64,000 nt of DNA from Candidatus Freyarchaeum deiterrae (GTDB taxonomy: Archaea > Asgardarchaeota > Jordiarchaeia > Jordiarchaeales > Jordiarchaeaceae). The position numbers were made by a program, and so were the translations under genes. Positions 1 through 9,500 of the stretch are shown here, piece by piece; position 1 is the stretch's first letter; the number at the start of each line of letters is the position of its first letter. A model generated the notes under the pieces. That model was not told the DNA's origin and made no database searches. It worked only from the letters and a program-made list of their open reading frames with translations. Location: assembly GCA_037305845.1 (NCBI GenBank), contig CP147778.1, positions 704,001 through 768,000 on the forward strand, written 5' to 3'.

Positions 1-189
1 CAAATTCACAAGAAAATCCAAAATCTTTTCTTCCTTTCCACCTTTCCCATTAGATTCAACCATTAATCCCGCAATTTTGCTACCAAGAAGAATCCAGCGG
101 ACAGCATCCCCTTCCTTGATACCAAGTGCGTCTCTAACCTCCTTAGGAATACGAACTCTCATCTTAGAGTCAACCTTGAAACTCACCAT
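1..189 (-). CDS. AbrB/MazE/SpoVT-family DNA-binding protein (antitoxin-like), runs off the window edge
   Basis: Manual translation MVSFKVDSKMRVRIPKEVRDALGIKEGDAVRW matches the AbrB pattern; GGAG RBS upstream; absent from the ORF track. Confidence 0.8.
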   Translation of the reverse strand, partial: MVSFKVDSKMRVRIPKEVRDALGIKEGDAVRWILLGSKIAGLMVESNGKGGKEEKILDFLVNL

Positions 190-297
190 CTACTCCACCG
201 TTCACAAAAGGGAAGGTGAGAACTAATAAAAGTTCCCTAAATGTTCAGCAAGTACCAGACCAGAAGAATAATATAGAATTTAATAAAACATATACGT

Positions 298-459
298 ATG
301 AAAAAAGTTTCTTCAAAAGTGGGAAAGGCTCTCCTAGAGGAACTTGACAGAATCTCAAAAAAGAGAGGCGTTCCGTCAAAAGCGCATGGTAGTGTCATTT
401 TCCCGCTCTTATTGGTGGGTTTTGATTACTGCTGTTTTCTTGTGGGTTTTTTGTTGTAG
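298..459 (+). pseudogene. Truncated CopG/ribbon-helix-helix protein
   Basis: MKKVSSKVGKALLEELDRISKKRGVPS is an RHH strand plus helix A; the frame then runs into the opposite-strand gene and loses similarity. Confidence 0.5.
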
Positions 460-618
460 GTATTTTTGGTGAGCTTCTCTGGACTGTTCGGGGGTGAAGT
501 ATGAGAATCCGCATCGTGGGCACCTGTATCCTTCTGATTCGTAGGTGATTTTGTCCACCTTAACTTTGAGTAGTGCTTTTTGCATTTCGCTATTATCGAA
601 AGGACATGTTTCCGTCAT
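409..618 (-). CDS. YgiT/MqsA-type zinc-finger protein (putative antitoxin)
   Basis: CPFD...YRCPRCGFSYFTPEQ; 4-bp overlap with the upstream gene. Confidence 0.7.
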   Translation of the reverse strand: MTETCPFDNSEMQKALLKVKVDKITYESEGYRCPRCGFSYFTPEQSREAHQKYLQQKTHKKTAVIKTHQ

Positions 619-902
619 TTTCTTGCTCTCTTGCTTGTTGTTTCATGTAATCCCATGACATATATCCTTAATAATTTTTCTTTCTTCCTCATGAAGAACC
701 ATACTGTGTCCAGTTTGCCTCTGTGTTGCCGTTTCCCCGTATAAACCGCTATTTTTCCATATTTGCTTCTCCAAGTCTTTGAATAAGTGTAATCGCCCTT
801 TCGTACAATATCCGTTACGATGCTCACCACTGCGTCTATGGAGATCCCCAGCTTGTCTATGTGAATTTGAGCTTTTGGTAATATTACTACTTTTATTATC
901 AT
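615..902 (-). CDS. Putative RelE/MqsR/DUF4258-like toxin partner
   Basis: Small basic protein (MIIKVVILPKAQIH...IYVMGLH) coupled to the YgiT finger; ORF track start is 929, ATG at 902 more likely. Confidence 0.5.
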   Translation of the reverse strand: MIIKVVILPKAQIHIDKLGISIDAVVSIVTDIVRKGDYTYSKTWRSKYGKIAVYTGKRQHRGKLDTVWFFMRKKEKLLRIYVMGLHETTSKRARK

Positions 903-1369
903 TTTAGACCAGCCTGAAAACCAGAACAATCAGAACACTCAGGTTTAAACCTAATAGTATCAAATCAAATTTATAAACCACCAGTTTCAGCACGAAATAA
1001 ATGAGGAAGAGGGCATTTCTGCTCAATCAGGACACCATACGGAGAGCGAACAGGTGTGCTTTAAACTCGCACTATGAATGGTAAAATTTTCGTATCACAT
1101 GAATCATTTTTCAGCTTCATGCATTTTATGTTTGTGGTATCCGATCTCATGCAGTAATACGAAGTCGAAGACGGCGTGAAATTAAAGATATTAGAGGTAA
1201 CTAGCTAAAAAAAAGAAAATGAAGTTTTTTAAATTTTAACTCCTTTAGCTTTTGGAGATTTCATATTAGAGAGTATCAAGTTCTTGACAGTTTTACACAC
1301 AACATTTTAGATAGCAACTTGTTTAATCCCGTGTCAGACTATCTCGGCGCTCTCTCTTTTCTCTGCGTC

Positions 1370-2041
1370 TTAGACTTTGAATATTTTTCCTTTACAGTTT
1401 GGGTTACCAAATTTTTGAAGCTCATATTCAAAAGGTTCGCCGGTGGTTAGTCCGAGGTCTGCTACAGCGTAGCGTAGTAGGGCGCACCAAGGCCTTCCAC
1501 CAACTCTTACCAGTTTTTCCTTTATAGATGCTTCACAAGCGTCTCTGCAGTGACAATTGTAAACGGTGCAATTCGCCTGTTCGTCGCTCACCAATTCGTA
1601 GCCGAAATCTGGCATGAATCTACCATTCCTAACTCCTTCTTGGCACTTTTTCATCGCATCAGCAAGGGAAACAGCAGATACGACTCCGCCATCATCCTGT
1701 CTCTCTTTTTCGGCAACACTGCTGGTTGCGAGGCGGGTACTGGTGCCAGTTCCACCCTGAAGCGAGGATTCAGCTTTAATAAGACCATAGAGCATCGCAC
1801 AGTAGCTGTGAGGGTACCTCTCAAGGTTCCGCTTTAAGTAATCCTTCACCTGGTCAAAGCTTACAACGTCTTTGGGTATCTTTTCACGAAGCTTCTTCGA
1901 TTCAAAGTCCAAAGCGTACTTAGTAGCAAGATTATAGAAAACCGGACCATAAATCTTCGCTTGCCTATCCACAAAAAAGGCTAATACATCCACAAATTTC
2001 GATCCATCAATCTCTATAGGAGGATGCTCACTATCCGACAT
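1370..2041 (-). CDS. V4R/methanogen-output-domain-like protein
   Basis: C-terminal Cys pattern VYNCHCRDAC...WCAL...NCKGKI typical of V4R-like ligand-binding domains. Confidence 0.55.
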   Translation of the reverse strand: MSDSEHPPIEIDGSKFVDVLAFFVDRQAKIYGPVFYNLATKYALDFESKKLREKIPKDVVSFDQVKDYLKRNLERYPHSYCAMLYGLIKAESSLQGGTGTSTRLATSSVAEKERQDDGGVVSAVSLADAMKKCQEGVRNGRFMPDFGYELVSDEQANCTVYNCHCRDACEASIKEKLVRVGGRPWCALLRYAVADLGLTTGEPFEYELQKFGNPNCKGKIFKV

Positions 2042-2275
2042 TTTGAACCACCCCTAAGTAGATTATAGGGTAGTTATGACTAAAAAATCTTTGCCGCAGC
2101 ATCTGAAACAATATCCGAACAGCAGCCAACGAATTCTTGATTTTGAAAAAGCCAGATTCCACCAAAAATACAAAAAGCCCCACCAAACAACAAAAACACA
2201 TTAAAAGCAGCTCATACCAAATAGACCAATAACAAAAACACTCCCTCAAAAAAATATGAAAAACAAAATCTACAA

Positions 2276-2491
2276 TCACCCAACCCACGCTTCCCTCAAC
2301 TCGGAAACGAATCCATCCTCGTCCACAGCTATTCTCTTCTTAACCTCCCTCCATGCAGCAGAACAGTCCTTATACTCCACACCCACAATGCTATGAATAA
2401 CCCGGTCAACCTCCCTCTTGTTCTCACTAGTAACAGTTATCCCAGCCTTAGCGAAAATATCCTGAATATGCCTAAAATAGCAGGTCACATC
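2276..2491 (-). CDS. Small hypothetical protein
   Basis: Likely GTG start at (V)TCYFRH behind a GGGGTGG RBS, inside ORF 2276..2641. Confidence 0.55.
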   Translation of the reverse strand, partial: DVTCYFRHIQDIFAKAGITVTSENKREVDRVIHSIVGVEYKDCSAAWREVKKRIAVDEDGFVSELREAWVG

Positions 2492-2632
2492 AACCACCCC
2501 AAAATATAAACGAACCTCCAAAATTAAAAATTGTTCCCACCCATAATTGAGCCAAGCCGATTTAGTGGTTGAGCAAGATTTATTTCCAGAAAATGCCTCC
2601 GTTAATAAGAATCTAAAAGAAAGAAGCAAGCC

Positions 2633-2953
2633 ATGAGGCAAAAACAGATGGACAAATTAGATAAAAGCAACGCCCTTGAAGTGAATTGCGTAAGAGACGA
2701 ATACATACACGTATCCAAGCAACCCTGCGAAAGCTGCAACAGAAAAAACGCATACAAGCTCTGCACCCAGCACCTAATCCAAAGCGAAGACAGAAGCTAC
2801 GACATACTGGACACCGAGTGCCAGTACTGCGGCTACAAAAAACACTTCACATTCGACATAACAGAATGCTTCCAAAACCCCGAAAAACAACTATCAGCCA
2901 TGCTCAAAGACCTAGACAAACACGACGAACTAGACTGGGACAGCGAAACCTAA
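2633..2953 (+). CDS. Zn-ribbon hypothetical protein
   Basis: CESC...CQYC Cys pairs, acidic tail. Confidence 0.6.
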   Translation: MRQKQMDKLDKSNALEVNCVRDEYIHVSKQPCESCNRKNAYKLCTQHLIQSEDRSYDILDTECQYCGYKKHFTFDITECFQNPEKQLSAMLKDLDKHDELDWDSET

Positions 2954-3040
2954 ACCACACTATACTATTTTTCCCTTTGCTTTTCTCTACCGAATAAAAT
3001 ATTTGTAGGGCTTGGTTATCATTTAGAGAGTTTTCAGAGT

Positions 3041-4195
3041 CTAATTGGTTTTATTCGCCTCAATAAGTTCTTCTATGCCGAGAGAGCACCCCCTCGGTTT
3101 AGAACCAGCTGCCCTACCTAAGATTTCAAAACCATCACCCACCTCGTAACCGATATCGTCAGTTTGAACTGCCAAAACTGTACTCCTATTAGCCAAGTCG
3201 TAATGCTTTAACAAGCCTATCTCGCCTCTGGGTAAACGCTCCAATGTCTCTGGATCTACCACTACCGTTCTAGTCCAAGGATGGTTCGGTTTGTAACGGG
3301 GTTCGGATACACCATTGATTCTATTTTTGAGTGTATTATCGTAGAATATGGAAGCAGTCTCAGTTAACCCCAAAATATTAATGATATTATCTTCGGGTAT
3401 ACCTAATATTTGTGAAGCCATTTCAATAAAATCGGTCCTTTGAACCTCTCTACTTCTTCCTTTATATCCGCCACCATGCGACAATCTACTTCCTTTGGGC
3501 AAATTAAATTTAAGTCCCTCCTTTTTACAATAATCAAAAAATGGCACAAAACCAAAAGACGCTCCACCAAATATAATTGGTTCACCAGTTTTTTCAGCGG
3601 TTTTAAGTGAACCTAATAGCGTCTTCATATCCATTCCATCTTTGCTGATTAAGAATTTACTTTCTTCTGTCCCAAAGCGTCTTATCTCTAAATCTGAGGC
3701 ATAAACAAAACCTGAATTTGGAGCGAGTTCTGGTGGCGGGGATACCAAGACCATTTTTATTTTTTCCATATCTGGAAGTTCGTATTCTTTGAACGTTACT
3801 AGTGAAGAACTATCGAACAGTCTCATGTTCAATCCATCTCTATAAATTTTTCCGCGTTGGTCTGGATTACTTGTTCCGCTTGTCATGAAAAGTCTTTCAT
3901 ATCGTTCGACGGGAAAACAAGCAATATCCGCATACTTGAATGAATCACTGGCCACGGCAGGAATTTCTTCCCAATTCCCAACATTGGAGGGTGTAATGCC
4001 TTTTTTATCGCAGTATTTTCTGTACGGTTTATTGTTATGGTACTGAAATAGAAACAATCTTAATGAAATATCATTGAATTCTGAACCATCAACTTTTCTA
4101 TTGTATCCAGTTTCAATCAGATTGTGAATATCTCTATCAAGACTTAACACAAATTCAGATTCTGGCGAATATTCCATTTTTGCTCCCCTTCCCAT
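3041..4195 (-). CDS. luxE: LuxE-family acyl-protein synthetase (long-chain fatty acid ligase)
   Basis: FMTSGTS, LGLTET, QTDDIG, GFEILGR and C-terminal PRGCS acylation Cys. Confidence 0.85.
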   Translation of the reverse strand: MGRGAKMEYSPESEFVLSLDRDIHNLIETGYNRKVDGSEFNDISLRLFLFQYHNNKPYRKYCDKKGITPSNVGNWEEIPAVASDSFKYADIACFPVERYERLFMTSGTSNPDQRGKIYRDGLNMRLFDSSSLVTFKEYELPDMEKIKMVLVSPPPELAPNSGFVYASDLEIRRFGTEESKFLISKDGMDMKTLLGSLKTAEKTGEPIIFGGASFGFVPFFDYCKKEGLKFNLPKGSRLSHGGGYKGRSREVQRTDFIEMASQILGIPEDNIINILGLTETASIFYDNTLKNRINGVSEPRYKPNHPWTRTVVVDPETLERLPRGEIGLLKHYDLANRSTVLAVQTDDIGYEVGDGFEILGRAAGSKPRGCSLGIEELIEANKTN

Positions 4196-4572
4196 TTTTC
4201 TAATGATATTATTATCATTGACTGGTTAATTTGCTAAAAGAAATGAATATCTCTAATTCTAACAATTTCTTTTTTTGCTGCTATCAGGTTATTTACTAGC
4301 AGATTTAGGTACACATACAATATCATTATCACTTTAGTACCTAAATTCAATTCTTCATACCCTATTTTAATCCGTTATTCTCCCAATTTTTTGTTTTATT
4401 TATCAAAGCGTTATAAAGCTCATAACATTTTCTTTATTTTTGTATATAAACCTTATCTTTTATGCTAACATTAATAAAAAATTAGGAAAATTAAATATTT
4501 ATTTAACAATGTTATAATTATGATCTTTTCACTCAAATCTCCTAAAGCAACTCCATACAGAAAACCGCTAAA

Positions 4573-5604
4573 CTACCGGTTAGGCTCAATAATCACTTTT
4601 ATGGAATCCTCAGCCTTAGCCACAAGCTTAAAGCCCAAACCCGCCTCAGCCAAACCCAAACGATGAGTAATCATATCATGAACATTCAAACCACAACCCC
4701 GAAGCAGCTCCAGCGAAGTTGAAAGATCACTGGGACCCGCACCATAAGACGTAGTCAAAGTAACCTCATTCCGCCACATATCATTAAAGTTCACCGGCAC
4801 ATTAACCGATGGCTCAGGCACCGCGAAAAACAGAATCGTACCACCACGGTCAACCGACTGCAAAGCAGTAACAGGAGCCGCCGGAGCACCAGTACAAACA
4901 ATCACCTTATCCACAAGCCGGCCACCATTCAGCTCCTTAACAAGCCCGGGAACATCCCTCTCCTTCCCAGCATCAATAACCGCAGCCGCACCAAAATGCT
5001 TCGCCGCATCCAAACGAAACCGACTAACATCACTAGCAAAAACACTAGCCGCACCAAGCAGCCGAGCCAACTGAATATGCAAAAGCCCCGAAATACCACT
5101 CCCAATCACAAAAACCGAGTCACCCGGCTTAACCCCAGCATTCCTCTGCCCACGCAAACAACAAGCCAAAGGCTCAATAAAAGTACCATCCTCAAAACTC
5201 ATATCATCAGGCAACAAGTAAATCCCACGATCAACCTGCAAACCAGGAACACGAACAAACTCCGCAAAACCCCCCGGATCAAAATTCGTAGTATGCAAAG
5301 TCTCACAAGCAGTATGATGACCCGTCAAACAGTAACGACAAGTATTACAAGGCACATGGTGAGAAACAAAAGCACGGTCCCCAACCCGGAACTTCTTAAC
5401 ACCAGAACCAAGCTCAACAAACTCACCAGTCATCTCATGACCCAGAACCCGGGGAGCCTTCTTAATCCGATACCACTCCATAACATCGCTCCCACAAATA
5501 CCACAAGCCATAGCCTTAACCAGAATCTCACCAGCACCGATTTTCGGCTTAGGCAACTCCTCCAAACGAACATCACTATTATTATAATACATAGCAACAC
5601 GCAT
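4573..5604 (-). CDS. Zn-dependent medium-chain alcohol/polyol dehydrogenase
   Basis: CGICGSD, GHE, structural Zn CNTCRYC...C, GSGISG Rossmann motif. Confidence 0.9.
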   Translation of the reverse strand: MRVAMYYNNSDVRLEELPKPKIGAGEILVKAMACGICGSDVMEWYRIKKAPRVLGHEMTGEFVELGSGVKKFRVGDRAFVSHHVPCNTCRYCLTGHHTACETLHTTNFDPGGFAEFVRVPGLQVDRGIYLLPDDMSFEDGTFIEPLACCLRGQRNAGVKPGDSVFVIGSGISGLLHIQLARLLGAASVFASDVSRFRLDAAKHFGAAAVIDAGKERDVPGLVKELNGGRLVDKVIVCTGAPAAPVTALQSVDRGGTILFFAVPEPSVNVPVNFNDMWRNEVTLTTSYGAGPSDLSTSLELLRGCGLNVHDMITHRLGLAEAGLGFKLVAKAEDSIKVIIEPNR

Positions 5605-5690
5605 AACAAAACCCCACAAACCAAATCATAACACAACACAAAAAGAAAAATTATATATTGGCGATAAAAGATTAAAGGCAATCGCTCACA

Positions 5691-6485
5691 CTAATCATTC
5701 TTCTGACCCTTAAGACTATTAAACAGCTCAAGAGCCTCGTCCGCAGTATAATTCTCCTGAACAACTGAGCGAATAGCACGAATCATAGGCACACTAAATT
5801 CGGACTGAAAAATGTTCCTTCCGAAATCAACGCCTATAGCGCCCGCCTGAATAGCATCATAGGATAACTTTATTGCGTCAGACTCAGGTATCTTTTTGCC
5901 TCCCGCAATAACTACGGGAACAGGACAGCCATCCACAACTTTTTCAAAGTCTTCACAGTAGTAGGTTTTAACTATGTGAGCCCCAAGCTCCGCGGCGATA
6001 CGACTAGCCAAACCCAAATAACGGGCGTCACGAGCCATCTCCCTGCCAACCGCAGTAACAGCCAGAACCGGCATACCGTACTCCTCGCCCTCATTAACGA
6101 GATGGGACAGGTTTACCAGTGTTTGCTTCTCGTGCGGTGAACCCACGTATACAGAAAGAGCCATCGCGCTAGCGTTCAGTCGAATAGCTTCCCTAACCGA
6201 AGTAGTAATCTCCTCATCTGACAGGTCTTCCTTAAGTATACTAATTCCACCAGACACCCTGAGCACAACCGGAGTCTGCATACCAGTATCCATAGTATTA
6301 CGAAGCATGCCCCGAGCCAACATCAATGCATCAGCATAAGGAATCAAAGGCCAAATAGTCTCCCGCGGCTTAATTAAGCCCTGAATGGCCCCCTGAAAAT
6401 AAGCGTGGTCTACTGCCAGCATTACTGTGTGTCCTGTTTTTGGGTTTATTATTCTTTGCAGTCGGTTTTTCATTCCCCAATCCAT
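5691..6485 (-). CDS. lsrF: LsrF-like class I aldolase/thiolase (DhnA family)
   Basis: MDWGMKNRL, MLAVDH, AAELGAHIVKTYY, VIAGGKK, GRNIFQS. Confidence 0.85.
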   Translation of the reverse strand: MDWGMKNRLQRIINPKTGHTVMLAVDHAYFQGAIQGLIKPRETIWPLIPYADALMLARGMLRNTMDTGMQTPVVLRVSGGISILKEDLSDEEITTSVREAIRLNASAMALSVYVGSPHEKQTLVNLSHLVNEGEEYGMPVLAVTAVGREMARDARYLGLASRIAAELGAHIVKTYYCEDFEKVVDGCPVPVVIAGGKKIPESDAIKLSYDAIQAGAIGVDFGRNIFQSEFSVPMIRAIRSVVQENYTADEALELFNSLKGQKND

Positions 6486-6551
6486 TTTTCGAATCACCTA
6501 TTATTGTTGTTTTGCGTGACTTGTTTTGCTTTTGTAAGTTTCAAATTTATT

Positions 6552-6588
6552 TTCTTTGGATTGTTTAAAAGGTTTCCGCTATTTGTTT
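6552..6588. repeat. Imperfect direct repeat, copy 1 (3' end of the large gene); copy 2 at 13352-13388
   Basis: ttctttggattgtttaaaaggtttccgctatttgttt vs ttctttgaaatgtttaaaagatttccgctatttattt, 33/37 identical. Confidence 0.7.
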
Positions 6589-9500
6589 TTGAAGTGAGGG
6601 TTTCAAGTGCTCCCATTTTTCTATTATAGTCTTTTGTAGTGCAGGAGTTAAGGTCCATAAAATTACATTTCTATTGGGATAGAGTCTTATTTCTCCTCTT
6701 ATTCTTGAAGACATCCCCTTCACCTTGACGGTTTTTCCCTCTATCAGGATTTCAATTTCCTCCTCCGAATATTGCTTTTGAAGCTTGAAAATTTCATCTG
6801 GCGGATTTACGAATCTCTCTAGTTTCTTGGGTAGTTTCTTGACAGGTATTATGTGGCATATTTCGCTGTGAACTATTCTCTTAGTTCCGATTTTTTTTAG
6901 GGTTTCAACTTCTTCTTCGTTTAGGTTTATTGGCTTAACAGGGATTGACCTCCATACGGTCGCACGGTTCATGTACATCAGTTCCTTGAATCCTGGGAAT
7001 CCTCCAAGAATTTTGTGTAACTTTTCGGTATATTCTACAGTCGGAACGAGCTCCTTTAATATAGCTATGTGGTCAGAATAAAGGTTAATTCCATGTGCTT
7101 TCATTTGTAAGTCATTATCTTCAGGATGTATGCCGTTGTCTTCTAACAGTTTTGACATTATCTTTTTCTCATGTTTTAGGACTTTGATTTCTTTGTTCTC
7201 TACTTTGGTTTGTATTTCCTTGTAATCTTTGAGTTTTCCTATTGCTATGTATTTTCCGAGGGTTTCTCCTTTTATTCCTTTTATGGTTGTTCCTTTTATT
7301 TGATTATTTAGTGTGTTTCTGTGTTCTTCTAGTTCTGGTGCTCTTGCTGTGAGCATTATTGATAATTGTGAATGTTGTTTAATGCTCCCTTCGTCTGCTA
7401 TCATTGCTTTTGTAGCTGCTTTTCGTTCTTGCGGACTTTCTATGATGGATTCCGGAAATTCTTGGTTTAGCACTGTTTTTTCTCCGGGTATCAATCCTAT
7501 TCCAAGGAAGCTGATTGCAGGTAGGTTGCTATTGATATAAAGGTAATTGAAGCCGCTTTCTTTTTTCCCGATGGAAGGCGTTATTCCAAAAACATTTTTC
7601 ATCTTTTTTTCCATTGACTCCATGAAATCGGGTCTCATGTTAAAGTATGCTATTTCATATCCTCTTCTTTTCTCGCGGAATGTTCCATCTCCGAAAACAG
7701 TGGACATTACCACGTAGGCTGCATCTTCGCCTTTCATTTCTATAGTTAGGTTGGGCTTGTTTTTCTTCTCCATTGGTCCGACTTTTTCTACGTATTCCGT
7801 GAGATCTGCAAGCTTATCGGCTGCTCCTGAGTACATTGTGAGGGTTAGTAAGTTTATCAGAAGGAGTGAGTCATTTTTCTTGTTTCTTTCCAATCGATTT
7901 AGTGTATGAGATGACATATCAAGGATTTTTTCCGCCTTACCACGGGTTCCTGCTTTTTTGATGCTTTTTTCTGTTATGTAGGTGAGTAGGTCTTTTCCTT
8001 CTTTGAACTCTTTTGTCCTATCCACGGTAACGCGTGTGTTTGGCAGGCTGAAGAACCAAGCGGTTGTGTTGGGGCGGAATGTTTCCCCTGTTTGTTTTAC
8101 TTCTCGGGTTATACTTCCGTCTTTTCCTTTTCTATAGATGAATGTTAGTAGTGTTCTTTTTCCCTCTTTTGGCTCGCTGATTTCTACTTTTTCAATTATG
8201 GCGTCGGTTCCGTCTTTTTCTTTTATTATCTCTCTTTTATAATCTTTGAATCTTAATTTTGTACGGTCGTGGAGGCTGTCGTTTATCTTGATGCCTAGTG
8301 TTTCTTCGATTTTCTCAAGAACGCCTATAGAAATTTTCCTTTCGTCTGAAATGTAATGCTTGACATCTGTGATACTTGTTTTAACGTCTTTGGCTAGTTC
8401 GGAAGTGTAGTTGAAACCGTATTTTTTCCAAGCCTCTTGACGTATTCTGCGTATATCTTTTCGGGGAAGAGAAACTTTTTCCTCTTTTGACATGTTGTTC
8501 TGGTCAAGTTCTCTTATTTCTGATGGCTCTTTTCCGAGGAATGCACATATTTCAATTAGGGCTACTGTGTCGACGTATTTCTTGTTTGGGATTTCCATTA
8601 TCTCTGCTCCCCTTGAGATTGCAGCTCCCGCTTCTACTAGAATAGCAGCGAACTTCTCAGGGCTGATTTCTTCACTTTTTAATTTGTTTAGTAGTTCTTC
8701 ATGAAGTTTTTTTAGGTCGTCGAGTTGAATGCGTACTGCTACATCAGAACGACTGTACCATTCTCCGGTGGCTATGTCTACAGTTGGGCTTCGCCATTGG
8801 GTGACTATATTCTGGTCTGCTTCAATTTCTAGCGTGTGGCAAATCTTAAGATATATGTCTACTGGTACTTTCTTGCCTGTTCTGAGGTAGCTTTCCAATT
8901 TTTCGCTTTCCAAGTTTTTAGATGCGCCCTTCTTCTCAAGTTCTTCGTACAGCTTTTCGGTTGTTCCTAGAGTTTCGGTTTTATAGAGTTTCTCGTTTAT
9001 TTTTTCTAGCTGTTTCTCGGGAATGTTGATCAGTTCGTGTAATTCGAGAGGTTCAAGCACAGATAATCCTTCAGGAGTTTTAGTGTACTCGGCACCAAGA
9101 AGCTGCAGAAGTTCCTCTGTTTTTCTTAGCTCTAAAGTGTAGGGGTCTGAAACTGTTTTCGTTTCTGTGGTTGGTGTTGTTTCCCTGTATGGCTTTTTGA
9201 GGTATCTTGCTATGGTTTCCAAACAGGTGGCGTCTATGTATTCTTCCTCGTGGAATTGTTGTAGGGTTTCATTGCAGGCTTGCAGTACATCGTTATTTCC
9301 CTCTAATCTACTCTTGTTCCTTGCTTCAATCACCTTGCTTAGAACATCTCTTGAAGGGAGGGAAAAACTGAATACTTCGCCTTGAATGAGAACCGTTGAT
9401 TTCTCGTACCTGAGAGTTTCTAGCCATCTCTCTTCTTTCTCAGGTGTTTCAAGAGTGGCTTCTGTGTTTAGTTCTCTTGGATATTCTCTTTGAGAAATCC

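Noticed and set aside
3041-4195. Bioluminescence operon
   Set aside because: No luxA, luxB, luxC or luxD in the window
4996-5631. 211-aa plus-strand ORF
   Set aside because: Antisense shadow of the dehydrogenase; low-complexity T/N/R composition
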